From positions 22,159 through 86,158 of the forward strand of contig JACRCL010000031.1 of the NCBI GenBank assembly GCA_016219015.1: 64,000 nt of DNA, given 5' to 3'. The position numbers and the translations under genes were made by a program. Source of the stretch: Deltaproteobacteria bacterium. GTDB lineage: Bacteria > Desulfobacterota > GWC2-55-46. Shown in pieces: positions 44,839-55,487 of the stretch (the first letter of the stretch is position 1; each line of letters opens with the position of its first letter). Under the pieces are notes generated by a model. It made no database searches and had not been told where the DNA came from. It was given only the letters and a program-made list of their open reading frames with translations.

Positions 44839-44946
44839 TACTCAATAAATAAGTTAGTAGACGGGTTTGTACGCGAGGTAATATCGACCTGAAGTGCACA
44901 ACCCCTATGACTTATGAAAATTCTTAAGAAAGGAGGTTGTGCGCAC

Positions 44947-45147
44947 ATGCCTTCCGGAAAAGTCAAATGGTTCAACGAGTCAAAGGGTTTCGGCTTCATC
45001 GAGCAGGATTCTGGCGAGGACGTATTCGTCCACTACAGCTCGATTCAGGGCTCCGGCTTCAAGACCCTGAGAGAAGGACAGAGGGTAGACTTCGAGGTCA
45101 CAAAAGGCCCCAAGGGCTTAAAGGCCGAAAACGTAAACCCCGTCTAA
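44947..45147 (+). CDS. cspA: cold-shock protein (CspA family, S1-like cold-shock domain)
   Basis: [33 protein letters not shown] (RNP1/RNP2 motifs). AAAGGAGG RBS. The ORF-track start 44914 is upstream of the RBS. Confidence 0.85.
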   Translation: MPSGKVKWFNESKGFGFIEQDSGEDVFVHYSSIQGSGFKTLREGQRVDFEVTKGPKGLKAENVNPV

Positions 45148-45172
45148 CGGAAAAACTAAAAATCGATCTTAC

Positions 45173-45211
45173 AAAAGGCCCCTCATCGGAACCGATGGGG
45201 GGCCTTTTTTT
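45173..45211 (+). terminator. intrinsic terminator after cspA
   Basis: AAAAGGCCCCTCATCGGaaCCGATGGGGGGCC followed by TTTTTTT. Confidence 0.8.
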
Positions 45212-45315
45212 ATGACGGCCCATGTCGCTGAAAGACTCAATTAATCATGCAAAACGCCAAAAAAGATGGTATGCTGATTTAAATACGCATCTTAATGAAC
45301 CTATAGAGACAACCT

Positions 45316-46467
45316 ATGGAAGAAAGACTTATCATGGATGTCGTGCCGGGCCTCGAGGGCATACCCGCGGCCGAGTCCGCCATCAGCTTTATCGACGGCG
45401 AGGAGGGCGTGCTCGAATACCGGGGGATACCCGTTGAGATATTGGCGGAGAAGAGCACGTTCCTTGAGGTCGCCTACCTCCTCATTTTCGGTCATCTGCC
45501 CGCGAAGGCCGAGCTCGAAAAGTTCACCACCGACATAACCTACCATACAAGGCTCAAGCTGAAGATTTTGAGGATGATGGAGTACCTGCCCGAGGGCGGC
45601 CACCCCATGCACTACCTCCAGGCCGTCACGTCGGCCATGGGCATGTATTATCCGGCGCGCGACACGCTCGACGCGGAGGTCCGCTACTCCTCGATTATAA
45701 GGCTCATAGCGAAGCTCCCCACTATAGTGGCGGCCTGCCACAGGCTCAAGCACGGGGACTCCCCGATACAGCCGAGGAACGACCTTTCTTTCGCCGCCAA
45801 CTTCTATTACATGCTCTTCGAGTGCGAGCCGTCCCCGTTATTCGAGAAGATAATCGACGTGATGCTCATACTCCACGCCGACCATACGATGAACGCCTCG
45901 ACCTTCAGCGCGAGGGTAGTCGGCTCGACCCTTGCCGACCCGTACACGGTCGTCTCCAGCGCGATAGGGACGCTTTCGGGGCCGCTCCACGGCGGGGCTA
46001 ACGAGGAAGTGGTGCGCATGCTCCGGGAGATAGGCGGAAAAGAGAACGTGCGCGCTTACATAGAAGACAAGCTCGCGAAGAAGGAAAGGATAATGGGAGT
46101 CGGGCACAGGGTATACAGGACCCGCGACCCGAGGGGGGACGTATTGAAGGGCTACATAGGCCAGCTCCTGAGCCACAGGGACGTCGACTACGGGATGATA
46201 GAGGTCTCGCAGGAGGTCGAGAGGGTCGTCATGGAAAAACTCGGCCCCAAGCACCTCCACCCCAACATAGACTTCTATTCGGGCATAGTCTTCACGGGCA
46301 TAGGCATACCCCCGGAGCTTTTCACCCCCGTATTCGCGATGGGCAGGGTGGCCGGGTGGCTCGCGCACTGGTTCGAACAGCTGAAGACCAACCGCATCTA
46401 CCGCCCCACCCAGAAATACACGGGCTTGAGACGCCAGAGCTATGTCCCCATTGAAAAAAGGGGCTGA
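45316..46467 (+). CDS. gltA: citrate synthase (short, archaeal/Gram-positive type) or 2-methylcitrate synthase
   Basis: Catalytic His/Asp motifs (MILHADHTMNASTF, GPLHGGANEEV, VMGVGHRVYRTRDPR, LHPNIDFYSG). Confidence 0.85.
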   Translation: MEERLIMDVVPGLEGIPAAESAISFIDGEEGVLEYRGIPVEILAEKSTFLEVAYLLIFGHLPAKAELEKFTTDITYHTRLKLKILRMMEYLPEGGHPMHYLQAVTSAMGMYYPARDTLDAEVRYSSIIRLIAKLPTIVAACHRLKHGDSPIQPRNDLSFAANFYYMLFECEPSPLFEKIIDVMLILHADHTMNASTFSARVVGSTLADPYTVVSSAIGTLSGPLHGGANEEVVRMLREIGGKENVRAYIEDKLAKKERIMGVGHRVYRTRDPRGDVLKGYIGQLLSHRDVDYGMIEVSQEVERVVMEKLGPKHLHPNIDFYSGIVFTGIGIPPELFTPVFAMGRVAGWLAHWFEQLKTNRIYRPTQKYTGLRRQSYVPIEKRG

Positions 46468-46513
46468 AGACCCCGCACCCCGCCACTCAGGAAAAATCTG
46501 TTAGACTTGAATT

Positions 46514-47374
46514 ATGGGAGACACAATCGCTAAATACCTTTTCAAGCGGGCGGGGCTTTTCTTCGTTTGCGCCCTCCTGCTCGCCTCCGCGTACGGCTGC
46601 AGGGAGCCCCGTTTCATAAAGGCTTCCGATATGTCCGAGGCCGGGCTGCCCCAGGTGCTCGATGAGGCGAAGAAGGCGGACCTCGTCTTCGTCGGCGAGC
46701 TCCACAGCTCGCAGGCCCACCATGAGCTCCAGCTCGGCGTCATCAAGGCCCTCAGGCAGGCGGGCGGGCCGGTGGCCATAGGCCTTGAGATGTTCAAGGC
46801 CGAGGACCAGGATGAACTCGACAAATGGACCTCCGGCAGGATGGACGAGCGGGAGTTCAAGCAGGTCTATAACAGGAACTGGCAGATACCGTGGGAAAAA
46901 TACGAGGACATCTTCAGGTACGCGAGGGACAATCACGTCCCGCTCATAGGCCTTAACATCTCGCGCAAGATCATACACCAGGTATTCCAGAACGGGTTCG
47001 CCTCGCTGACGCCGGACGAGCTGAGGGAGGTGCCCGGGGTCATGTGCGACGTGGACGCCGAGTACGAGGAGTTCATAAGAAGGGCCATGAAAGAGCACGA
47101 CATCAAGGGGGCGTCGTTCCTCAACTTCTGCGAGGCCCAGATGGTCTGGGACACGGCGATGGCGCAAAACGCCGTTGATTTCCTTAAGAAGAACCCGGGC
47201 GTGAAGATGATAGTGCTGGCCGGGGGCGGGCACTCGTGGAAGCGCGGCATACCGGAGCAGGTAAAAAGAAGGTCGAACTACGCCTCCCTCGTGATACTCC
47301 CGGAGATGCCTGACGACAAGCTCGTGGCTGAGGAGATAAACGACAACGACGCGGACTACATCTGGGTGGAATGA
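46514..47374 (+). CDS. ChaN-family (haem-binding uptake / Tiki-TraB superfamily) lipoprotein
   Basis: Lipobox LLASAYGC. FVGELHSSQAHHEL ... GLEMF motif typical of ChaN/PF04187. Confidence 0.65.
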   Translation: MGDTIAKYLFKRAGLFFVCALLLASAYGCREPRFIKASDMSEAGLPQVLDEAKKADLVFVGELHSSQAHHELQLGVIKALRQAGGPVAIGLEMFKAEDQDELDKWTSGRMDEREFKQVYNRNWQIPWEKYEDIFRYARDNHVPLIGLNISRKIIHQVFQNGFASLTPDELREVPGVMCDVDAEYEEFIRRAMKEHDIKGASFLNFCEAQMVWDTAMAQNAVDFLKKNPGVKMIVLAGGGHSWKRGIPEQVKRRSNYASLVILPEMPDDKLVAEEINDNDADYIWVE

Positions 47375-47375
47375 C

Positions 47376-48503
47376 TCAGAACGGGGCCTTGCTGAGCTCC
47401 CTGAACTCCTCCTGGTTCTCGTCGAACAGCCTCCTGAACTCCTCGGCGCAGTCCTGGAAGGCCCTGAAAACGGCCGGGTCGAAATGATCCGTCTTGCCTT
47501 CGATTATCCCGCACGCCGTTGAATGTGGGAACGCCTCCTTGTAGGGCCGCTTGCTCCTTATCGCGTCGTAGATATCCACGATATTGACTATCCTGCCCGC
47601 AAGGGGTATCTCCTCGCCTTTGAGCGCCCTCGGGTACCCCTTCCCGTCCCAGGTCTCGTGGTGTGAAAGCGCTATCTCCTGCGCGGTCTTCAATATCTCG
47701 GAATCAGAGTCCTTGAGTATGTTCGCCCCGATGACCGTGTGGGTCTTCATTATCTCGAACTCAGCGGCGGTATGGCGCCCCTCCTTCAGGAGTATCGAGT
47801 CCGGGATGCCGATCTTGCCCACGTCGTGCATGGGGCTCGCGAAGAATATCGCCTCCACCTTCTGCTCATTGAGGCCCAGGTACCGGGCCATGAGCTGCGA
47901 ATACAGGCTTATCCTCCTTATGTGCCCGCCCGTTTCCTTGTCCCTGTACTCTGCGGCCAGCGTGAGGCGGTAGACCGTCTCTATGTAGCCGTGCCTTATC
48001 TTGTCGAAGGCCTTTTCAAGCTGGAAGCTCTTGTCCATGACCTCGCCCTCGAGCTTGCGGCCGTGCTCGACGAGGTAGTCCTCGTAGCCCTTTATCTTAA
48101 GGAGGTTTTTGAGCCGAAGCCTGAACTCGGCCTCGTCGATCGGCTTTGACAGAAGCTCGTCGGCCCCGAACTCGAGGCCCCTGACCTTCGACTCCCTGTC
48201 GGAAAGGGACGTGACGATAAGGACAGGCAGGTGCATCGTGACAGGGTCCTGCTTGAGCCTCCTTGTCACCTCGAACCCGCTCATCCCGGGCATCACCACG
48301 TCGATTATAAGGATATCAGGCTGGTAGGCCGCGGCCTTTTCAATGGCCTCGAGCCCGTTGTTCACGGTGATGCTTTCGTGGCCGAGCTCGGCTATAAGGT
48401 CGGAGAATATCTTCAGGTAGAGCCTGTCGTCGTCGGCTACAAGGATGCGGGCCTTTTTTTCCTTATAACAGGGTCCGGCCATGAACTTTTCGGCTGCCTC
48501 CAT
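47376..48503 (-). CDS. two-component response regulator with HD-GYP phosphodiesterase output domain (RpfG-like)
   Basis: Receiver domain (ILVADDD...phospho-Asp DILIIDVVMPGMSG...K). HD-GYP signature (HDVGKIGIP ... HHETWDGKGYP). Confidence 0.8.
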   Translation of the reverse strand: MEAAEKFMAGPCYKEKKARILVADDDRLYLKIFSDLIAELGHESITVNNGLEAIEKAAAYQPDILIIDVVMPGMSGFEVTRRLKQDPVTMHLPVLIVTSLSDRESKVRGLEFGADELLSKPIDEAEFRLRLKNLLKIKGYEDYLVEHGRKLEGEVMDKSFQLEKAFDKIRHGYIETVYRLTLAAEYRDKETGGHIRRISLYSQLMARYLGLNEQKVEAIFFASPMHDVGKIGIPDSILLKEGRHTAAEFEIMKTHTVIGANILKDSDSEILKTAQEIALSHHETWDGKGYPRALKGEEIPLAGRIVNIVDIYDAIRSKRPYKEAFPHSTACGIIEGKTDHFDPAVFRAFQDCAEEFRRLFDENQEEFRELSKAPF

Positions 48504-48603
48504 AAGCCTGCTTTTCCGCCTGTTTCGTAAGATTACTGCTAACAATCTATTACAAAAATGGCTCCGCAGTCAAGCGGAGAGACTTAAAAGATAAAACTAA
48601 TCC

Positions 48604-48632
48604 TTGACAACAAAAAAATATTCAAATAATAT
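48604..48632 (+). promoter_or_regulatory. putative sigma70 promoter of the M23 peptidase gene (TTGACA-N17-TAATAT)
   Basis: tccTTGACAacaaaaaaatattcaaaTAATATgtcc. Near-consensus. Confidence 0.5.
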
Positions 48633-48748
48633 GTCCGGGAACCTCTCCCGGAGGGGTCCCCGGAATGAAAGGCCTTTTTTCCATTCGGCGGTTTTCCCTG
48701 TTGTCACGGTTGCGAGTTTTCAAATTCTACCCGAGGTAATGAATAGAA

Positions 48749-50068
48749 TTGAGTGACCTTTCTGGCGGAACACCCTCCAGCCGCGTAAGGCCGGCGCTCA
48801 TAGCGGCGCTGACCGGCATCTCTTTTTTCCTGACATTATCGTTCATTTTCAGCCCGGAGGCCTCGTCTGACAAGCCCGGGCCCGGCGTTGCGCCGTCTTC
48901 CGCCCCCGTTGCCTCGCAAGAGCTCCCGGAGAACATACGCGCCTCAAGGTACGATTTCCGGCTCTCGGAGAGCGACACCTTCTACCACATAATGTCCGTA
49001 TTGAACGTGCCCGGCCCGGAGATAAAAGAGATAATAGACCTGTCGAGGCCCGTGTACGACTTGAAGCAGCTCAGGAAGGACAGCGTGCTGCGCGCTTTTA
49101 CGAAGGATGAAAGGCTGGAGCGGATAGAGTACAGGTTCAGCGACTACGAGACCCTGATAGCCGAAAGGGATGATAGCGGCTCTTTCAGGGCGTTCAAGTC
49201 CGAGCTGCCCCACGAAATAAAAGAAACGCTCGTCACGGGCACCATAGAGAACTCGCTCTTTTCCGACGGCCTAAAGGCCGGGGCCGACGCCCAGGCCATG
49301 ATGGAGCTTTCCGACATATTCGCGTGGGACATAGACTTCGCCTCCGACATAAGGAAGGGCGACACCTTCAAGATAGTCTCGCAGGTCCTCTACGTCGAAG
49401 GGGCCCCTGTAAGGACCGGGCGGGTGCTCGGCGCGGAGATGACGAACGGCGGCAGGAAATACTCGGCGGTCTACTTCGAGGGCAGGGACGGCGGGAGCTA
49501 CTACGACGCGGACGGGAGGTCGCTCAGGAGGACGCTTTTGAAATCCCCGCTGCGCTTCAGGAGGATAACGAGCTACTTCAGCAATGGGCGCTTCCACCCG
49601 ATATTGAGGCAGTACAGGCCACACCACGGCATAGACTACGGCGCCCCCTCAGGGACGCCTGTCGAGTCCGCGGGCAGCGGGCGCGTCGTCTTCGCGGGCT
49701 GGAAGAACGGGTACGGGAACTTCATAGAGATAAAGCATAACAACGACTACTCCACGGGCTACGGCCACCTGTCGCGCATAGCAAAAGGCATCAGGAAGGG
49801 CGCGAAGGTCGACCAGGGCGACGTCATCGGCAACGTCGGCTCCACCGGCCTGTCCACGGGCCCGCACCTCCATTACGAGGTAAAGCTCGCCAGCAGGCTC
49901 ATAAACCCCCTCAGCATAAAGGCCGTCCCGGACAGGGCCGTATCAAAGAGTGAAAGCCAGAGGTTCGCCGCCGTCAGGGAAGATATCGAAAGAAAGCTCT
50001 CCGGCGAGATGAGCGTAGCAGTGAACCCCGCCCCCTCCAATACCCCGCAAGGCGTCGCCCGCAGATAG
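48749..50068 (+). CDS. M23-family metallopeptidase (LytM/NlpD/EnvC-like) with N-terminal TM anchor
   Basis: HxxxD and HxH zinc motifs (HHGIDYGAPSGTPV ... GNVGSTGLSTGPHLHYEV). Confidence 0.8.
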   Translation: MSDLSGGTPSSRVRPALIAALTGISFFLTLSFIFSPEASSDKPGPGVAPSSAPVASQELPENIRASRYDFRLSESDTFYHIMSVLNVPGPEIKEIIDLSRPVYDLKQLRKDSVLRAFTKDERLERIEYRFSDYETLIAERDDSGSFRAFKSELPHEIKETLVTGTIENSLFSDGLKAGADAQAMMELSDIFAWDIDFASDIRKGDTFKIVSQVLYVEGAPVRTGRVLGAEMTNGGRKYSAVYFEGRDGGSYYDADGRSLRRTLLKSPLRFRRITSYFSNGRFHPILRQYRPHHGIDYGAPSGTPVESAGSGRVVFAGWKNGYGNFIEIKHNNDYSTGYGHLSRIAKGIRKGAKVDQGDVIGNVGSTGLSTGPHLHYEVKLASRLINPLSIKAVPDRAVSKSESQRFAAVREDIERKLSGEMSVAVNPAPSNTPQGVARR

Positions 50069-50200
50069 ACCTAAACAGGCCGCTCAAAAAATCCAAATTA
50101 AGCCCAAATTTGATTCAGGCTGCTCAAAATCGAGTGAGCGAGGCCCCTATTGAACTTAGGGGAGCTTAGGAATGGGCGTACTCGCCTTTCGTTATGACAA

Positions 50201-50239
50201 GACGAAGACAACAAAGCAGATGGACTTTTTCAGCAGCCT
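50201..50239 (+). repeat. repeat family D copy 2
   Basis: GACGAAGACAACaAAGCAGATGGACTTTTTcagCAGCCT. Upstream flank similarity (CAAAATCGAGTGAGCGA ~ GAAATTGCGAGCGACGA) extends the element to about 100 nt. Confidence 0.75.
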
Positions 50240-50240
50240 G

Positions 50241-51119
50241 CTACTTCAGGATATTCTCAGGAGAGATAAGGTGTCTGGACAGGCCCATCTCCTCGGGGCT
50301 TAAGTCCAGGGCCAGGCCCACGAGCTGGGCAAGATGGAATACAGGCATCGATATGTTCGCCCCGGACTTCTTCTCGGCGAGCCTCTGGTAGTTGTCGAGG
50401 TTTATGTGGCAGAACGGGCATGGCGTCACGAAGCAGTCCGCGCCCCTGCCCTTGCCGTCAAGCAGCCTCGCGGCGGTCATGAGCTCGGCGGTCTCTTCGG
50501 CCACAAGGTCCACCTGGAAGCCGCAGCATTTCGTCTTGCCCCTGTACTGTACGGCTTGAGCGCCGAGGGCCGTGATGGTCGCTTCCAATGACCACGGCTT
50601 TTCCGGGTCGTCGAAGCCGAGGGCCGAGGAGGGCCTCAGGCTGTGGCACCCGTAGAAGGGCGCCACCTTAAGCCAGTTAAGGGGCTTTACGACCTGCTTT
50701 TCAAGTCTGTCGAGGCCGTAATCGCCGGCCAGCACCCAGAGGAGCTGCTTTACCTCGATATTGCCGCTGTAATGGAGGCCCGCTCTTGCGAGCGTGGAGT
50801 TCGTTCTTTCGAGCAGCTTCGGGTCGTTCTTCAGGTCCCTGTTAGCCGTTGACATGACCATCAGGCAGGTCGAGCATATGGTCATGATGTCCATGCCCAT
50901 CTCCTCGGCCTCGGCGAATATGCGGGCGTTGAGCGTTATATAGAGGTCGTAGTCGTAATCGGTCAATAACCCGGCCCCGCAGCAGTTCGCCTTCGGCATG
51001 TCGTGGAGCTCTATGCCGAGCCTTTCGGAGATGATCCGAGTGGTCTCGTTCGCCTCTTTCGTGATGGCCTGGGAGGCGCAGCCCGGATAGTACGCGTATC
51101 TTAAGGTCTTGTCCATCAT
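50241..51119 (-). CDS. succinate dehydrogenase/fumarate reductase HdrB-like subunit with two CCG domains (SdhE/TfrB-type)
   Basis: Two Cx31-39CCGx35-39CxxC modules (PGCASQ...NCCGAG...CSTC; YGCHSL...KCCGFQ...CPFC). Lies downstream of sdhA-sdhB. Confidence 0.75.
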   Translation of the reverse strand: MMDKTLRYAYYPGCASQAITKEANETTRIISERLGIELHDMPKANCCGAGLLTDYDYDLYITLNARIFAEAEEMGMDIMTICSTCLMVMSTANRDLKNDPKLLERTNSTLARAGLHYSGNIEVKQLLWVLAGDYGLDRLEKQVVKPLNWLKVAPFYGCHSLRPSSALGFDDPEKPWSLEATITALGAQAVQYRGKTKCCGFQVDLVAEETAELMTAARLLDGKGRGADCFVTPCPFCHINLDNYQRLAEKKSGANISMPVFHLAQLVGLALDLSPEEMGLSRHLISPENILK

Positions 51120-51123
51120 CCCA

Positions 51124-52083
51124 TCAGCCCTTCTTTTTCTTCAGCGCCCGCTCGAACTCCTCGTATATCTTTTTCACCTCTTCGATCTTCTCTATCTGCG
51201 GGAAGATATGCGGCAGGGGCATCTTGCCGTGCCGTTCCATCTTGAGCCCGAACGGTATCATGCCGAGCGAACGCAGGAACCCGAGCGTCTTGAAGGTCAT
51301 CGCGGCCTCGTCGAGCCTGCCAATCTTCTTGACCGAATCGGCCATCGCCTCGACGTGCCTCGCCCCGGGGTTGTCGAGCACCCCGGCCTTCATTGCGCGC
51401 GAACGGAGCATCTCTATCTGCTTCAGCGGCATGACGTCCTTGGGGCAGTGCTGGGTGCAGTGGACGCACCGGACGCAGTCCCACATACCGTGTTCTTCAC
51501 TGAGTCTTTCGAGTCTTTTGGCACTGTGCCCCTCCCTCACGTCCCCGACGAACCTCCACGCCTTGGCCAGCGCCGCGGGGGCGATGAAGCGCTCGTCTAT
51601 TTCCAGGGAGTTGCACATGCCGTTGCAGCACCCGCACATGATGCACCTCTGGCTCCTGTCTATGGCGGCCTCGGCCTCGGCGGTAACGACGGCCTCGGAG
51701 GTCTTTTTCGTCGGGGTGAGGTACGGGGTCACCTTGTCGATCTTCCGCCAGAATGGAGTAAAGTCCACAATCAGGTCCTTTAACGGCCTGTGGTTCGAGA
51801 GCGGCTCTATGAGCATGTCGCCCATCTTTTTGTATTCAGGTATCACCTGGGTATTGCAGGCGAGCTTTGAGGTGCCGTTTATGTTCATCGCGCACGAGCC
51901 GCATATAGCCGACCTGCAGGACTTCCTGAAGGAAAGGGCCGGGTCCTGCTCGTCGGCAATTTTAAGGAGGGCCTCCAGCACGGTCATCCCCTCCTCGGCC
52001 TCCACGTTAAAGACCTGCGCGTAAGGTTCGCACGCCTCCTTGCCAGCCGGGTTGCACCTTCTTATCCTGAATTTTATCTTCAT
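51124..52083 (-). CDS. sdhB: succinate dehydrogenase/fumarate reductase iron-sulfur subunit
   Basis: 2Fe-2S CRSAICGSC. 4Fe-4S CIMCGCCNGMC. 3Fe/4Fe CVRCVHCTQHCP. Confidence 0.85.
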   Translation of the reverse strand: MKIKFRIRRCNPAGKEACEPYAQVFNVEAEEGMTVLEALLKIADEQDPALSFRKSCRSAICGSCAMNINGTSKLACNTQVIPEYKKMGDMLIEPLSNHRPLKDLIVDFTPFWRKIDKVTPYLTPTKKTSEAVVTAEAEAAIDRSQRCIMCGCCNGMCNSLEIDERFIAPAALAKAWRFVGDVREGHSAKRLERLSEEHGMWDCVRCVHCTQHCPKDVMPLKQIEMLRSRAMKAGVLDNPGARHVEAMADSVKKIGRLDEAAMTFKTLGFLRSLGMIPFGLKMERHGKMPLPHIFPQIEKIEEVKKIYEEFERALKKKKG

Positions 52084-52174
52084 GGGTTTTTAAAAATCAT
52101 GACTTAAGCGGTTTTTTAAAAAAACCTTTTGCGCACTGCCGTGCGCTTCCGGGCATAGGGCTCAAAAAACGATA

Positions 52175-53800
52175 TCAATACTTCCTCTCCTCCGGCTTGA
52201 ACTTCGTAATATTAACGTCCCTGTACCTTATCTTGAGCGCCCCGGCGTCTTTGTATACGAGCGTGTGCTTGAGCCAGTCGTTGTCGTTACGCGCCGGGAA
52301 ATCGGTCCTGAAATGCGACCCCCTCGATTCCTGCCTGTTAAGGGCCCCGAGCACTATCGCCTCCGAGACCGTGAGCATCTTGCCGAGCTCGAGGACATAG
52401 AGCAGCTCGTTGTTGAAAAACTCCCCTTTGTCGGAAAGGGCGACCCTTCCGTACCTCTGCTTCAGCTCCCTTACCTTATCGAGGCACTTCGTGAGCCGCT
52501 CCCTGTTCCTGAATATGCCGCAGTTCTCCTCCATCAGGGCGTTCAACTCGTTCCTTATAATGTGCTGGGCCTCCCCGTCGTCCCTTTTCATGATATCGGC
52601 GACCTCATGCGCCGCGTCCCTGAGCGCGCTGTCCGGGAAGTCCGGCAAAGGCGACCCCTTCGCGAACTCCGCGGCCTTCTTCCCGGCCCTCCTGCCGAAC
52701 ACGATAGTCTCAAGGAGCGAGTTGCCGCCGAGCCTGTTGGCGCCGTGTACGCTCACGCAGGCGGACTCACCCGCGGCAAACAGGCCCGCTATCCTCGTGG
52801 CCCCGTCCACGCCCGCGGCTATCCCGCCCATGGAGTAATGCGCGCCCGGCTTTACGGGCACCGGTTCCTTCACGGGGTCCACGCCCGCGAAGTTGACGGC
52901 GAGCTCCCTTATCTGGGAGAGCCTCTCGTTTATCTTCTCCTCCCCGAGGTGCCGGAGGTCAAGCAGCACGCAGCCGTCCACGCCCCTTCCCTCCTCTATC
53001 TCGGTCTGCTCGGCGCGGCTTACCACGTCCCGGCTGGCGAGCTCGAGCACCTTCGGGGCGTACTTCGACATGAACCGCTCGCCCTTCGAGTTAAGGAGGT
53101 AGCCGCCTTCGCCGCGCGCGCCCTCGGTCATGAGTATGCCGGTCCTTTTCAATACCGTAGGGTGGAACTGGACGAACTCCATGTCCATCAGCTCGGCCCC
53201 GGCATCGAGGGCAAGGGCCATCCCGTCGCCCGTGGAAGTAAGGGCGTTGGTGGTGGTCCCGTAGACCCTCCCGTAGCCGCCGGTGGCGATTATCGTAGCC
53301 TTTGAGTGGAGGCGGTGGAGCTTGCCAGTGTCGAACTCGACGGCTATTATCCCCCGCGCGACGTTGTCCTCCACCACGAGCTTCACGACGTGCCATTCGT
53401 CATATAGGTAGGCCCCGTACTTGAGCATCTGCTCGTACATGACGTGCAGCATGCCGTGGCCGGTCCTGTCCGCGAGGTAGCAGGTCCTCGGGTACCCCGC
53501 GCCCCCGAATGGCCTCTGGGCTATGCGGCCCGCCTTGTCGCGGGAAAATACCGCGCCCATCTTCTCAAGCTCGAGGATGTCCTGGGGCGCTTCCCTGCAC
53601 ATTATCTCTATGGCGTCCTGGTCGCCGAGGTAGTCCGACCCCTTTACCGTGTCGAACATGTGCGCCTCCCAGGAGTCGGTCTCCTTGAGCGCGGCGTTTA
53701 TCCCGCCCTGGGCGGCCACCGAGTGGCTCCTTACGGGATAGACCTTCGTGACGACGGCCACGTTGAGGCCTGCCTTCGCGGCCTCTATGGCCGCGCGCAT
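52175..53800 (-). CDS. sdhA: succinate dehydrogenase/fumarate reductase flavoprotein subunit
   Basis: FAD motifs ([12 protein letters not shown] ... covalent-FAD His; [11 protein letters not shown]; [20 protein letters not shown]; [10 protein letters not shown]). Confidence 0.9.
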   Translation of the reverse strand: MRAAIEAAKAGLNVAVVTKVYPVRSHSVAAQGGINAALKETDSWEAHMFDTVKGSDYLGDQDAIEIMCREAPQDILELEKMGAVFSRDKAGRIAQRPFGGAGYPRTCYLADRTGHGMLHVMYEQMLKYGAYLYDEWHVVKLVVEDNVARGIIAVEFDTGKLHRLHSKATIIATGGYGRVYGTTTNALTSTGDGMALALDAGAELMDMEFVQFHPTVLKRTGILMTEGARGEGGYLLNSKGERFMSKYAPKVLELASRDVVSRAEQTEIEEGRGVDGCVLLDLRHLGEEKINERLSQIRELAVNFAGVDPVKEPVPVKPGAHYSMGGIAAGVDGATRIAGLFAAGESACVSVHGANRLGGNSLLETIVFGRRAGKKAAEFAKGSPLPDFPDSALRDAAHEVADIMKRDDGEAQHIIRNELNALMEENCGIFRNRERLTKCLDKVRELKQRYGRVALSDKGEFFNNELLYVLELGKMLTVSEAIVLGALNRQESRGSHFRTDFPARNDNDWLKHTLVYKDAGALKIRYRDVNITKFKPEERKY

Positions 53801-53923
53801 GCCTGCAAGGCCCGCGCCGACGATTATGATATCGTGGGTTACCAGACGGACATCTCCTTTGATGGGATGACAGGTTTCAGCTTACCAGCAGTGCGGGGAT
53901 TAGTCAATCGCGGGAGATACGGA

Positions 53924-53965
53924 GGAAAAAAGGAAGGCCGGCCCCCCTCTGGAGGGGGGCCGGCC
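53924..53965 (-). terminator. intrinsic terminator after the 2-oxoacid:Fd oxidoreductase gamma gene
   Basis: 14-bp palindrome GGCCGGCCCCCCTC/GAGGGGGGCCGGCC, followed on the minus strand by TTCCTTTTTTCC. Confidence 0.75.
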
Positions 53966-53975
53966 AAGAGAAATC

Positions 53976-54521
53976 CTACTTGAGGGTCTTTGCCTTTTCA
54001 AAGCCTATCTGAAGGGCCTTTTTGTTGAGTTCGAGGAACGCGGGAGGGACCCTTGAAAGCACCGCCTTCTCTATGGCCTCGTGCGTCACTACACCCGTAA
54101 GCTCCGCTATCATGCCGAGCGAGATGATGTTGGCGACGATAGTCTTACCCAGCTCCTCCCGAGCGGTATTTATTATCGGGAACTTCAAGAGCCTGAACTT
54201 GCCCTGGGGGAACTCTTTCACCTCGTCCGAGTCCACGAGGAGTATGCCGCCTTCCTTGATGTCCTTATGGTACTTCGTGCACGCCTCCTGCGTCATGGCG
54301 AGCATGCAGTCTATGGCGGTTGCCTTGGGGTAGTCTATGGGCTGGCTGCTTATTATCACCTCGGCCTTGCTCGCCCCCCCGCGGGACTCGGGGCCGTACG
54401 ACTGGCTCTGGACGGCGTTCTTATCTCCGTAGATGGCCGCGGCCTCTGCCATGATTATGCCCGCCAGTATCATCCCCTGCCCGCCTGAGCCGCTGAAGCG
54501 GATCTCGTACCTGCTGCTCAT
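53976..54521 (-). CDS. korC: 2-oxoacid:ferredoxin oxidoreductase gamma subunit (likely 2-oxoglutarate, given the sucCD neighbours)
   Basis: IRFSGSGGQGMILAGIIMAEAAA ... GPESRGGASKAEVIIS. Substrate specificity inferred from context only. Confidence 0.65.
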   Translation of the reverse strand: MSSRYEIRFSGSGGQGMILAGIIMAEAAAIYGDKNAVQSQSYGPESRGGASKAEVIISSQPIDYPKATAIDCMLAMTQEACTKYHKDIKEGGILLVDSDEVKEFPQGKFRLLKFPIINTAREELGKTIVANIISLGMIAELTGVVTHEAIEKAVLSRVPPAFLELNKKALQIGFEKAKTLK

Positions 54522-54582
54522 ATTTCAATGCCTCCGGTTAAACCGTTATGAAGACCCCCCTGCGCTTGCCGCCGGGGGGATG

Positions 54583-55446
54583 CTACTTTGCCTTTGCCTT
54601 TTCCATTATGAGGCTCGCGTACTGCTCGCAGTACTCAGGCCTTTCGTCCTTGTGGAGGACGCCCCTCAGGAACTTGCCCTGCACCTTTTCGGGCGGGAGC
54701 TTATCGACCTGCTTAACGGAGACCGTCCCGTCCTTTTCGAGCACCTCCATCATGTGCGTGGCGCTCTTGTACTTGTTCATCCTGCCGAAGTACGTCGGGC
54801 AGGCGTCGATTATGTCCACGACCGAGGTCCCCTTGTGCATTATCGCCTCGTGGATGGTCTTTTCGAGCTCAAGCGTGTGGTAGGCCGTGCCCCTGGCCAC
54901 GAAGGACGCGCCCGAGGCCTTGGCCATCTCGCACGCGTCAAAGGGCTTCTCTATCGACCCGTAGCGGCTGGTCGTGGCCTGCGAACCCATTGGCGTGGTC
55001 GGGGAATACTGCCCGCCCGTCATGCCGTATATGGCGTTGGTGAATACGAGCACGGTCAGGTCTATGTTCCTTCTGCAGGTGTGGATGAAGTGGTTGCCGC
55101 CGATGGCCAGCGCGTCGCCGTCGCCCGTGACCACTATCACCTTCAACTCCGGCTTCGCCAGCTTTATCCCGGTCGCGAAGGAGAGCGCCCTCCCGTGGAG
55201 GGTATGGAGGGTATTGAAGTCCACGTAGCCCGGCGTGCGGCTCGAACAGCCTATGCCGGAGACCACGCATATCTGGTCCTTTGAAAACCCTGATTTGTCT
55301 ATGGCCCTCAGCATGGCCTTCAAGACTATGCCGTGCCCGCATCCAGGGCACCAGATGTGCGGGAGCTTATTGGGCCTCAGGTACTTGTTGTAGTCGAAAG
55401 GCACGCTTATCTTTTCTTTTTTCTCAGGAGCGGCAGGCGCCGACAT
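54583..55446 (-). CDS. korB: 2-oxoacid:ferredoxin oxidoreductase beta subunit (TPP-binding)
   Basis: WCPGCGHG ... GIGCSS ... TPP motif GDGDALAIGGNHFIH. Confidence 0.7.
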   Translation of the reverse strand: MSAPAAPEKKEKISVPFDYNKYLRPNKLPHIWCPGCGHGIVLKAMLRAIDKSGFSKDQICVVSGIGCSSRTPGYVDFNTLHTLHGRALSFATGIKLAKPELKVIVVTGDGDALAIGGNHFIHTCRRNIDLTVLVFTNAIYGMTGGQYSPTTPMGSQATTSRYGSIEKPFDACEMAKASGASFVARGTAYHTLELEKTIHEAIMHKGTSVVDIIDACPTYFGRMNKYKSATHMMEVLEKDGTVSVKQVDKLPPEKVQGKFLRGVLHKDERPEYCEQYASLIMEKAKAK

Positions 55447-55487
55447 GGAAACCTCCAGGACCAGGCCGCCATCGGGCGGCCGATCGC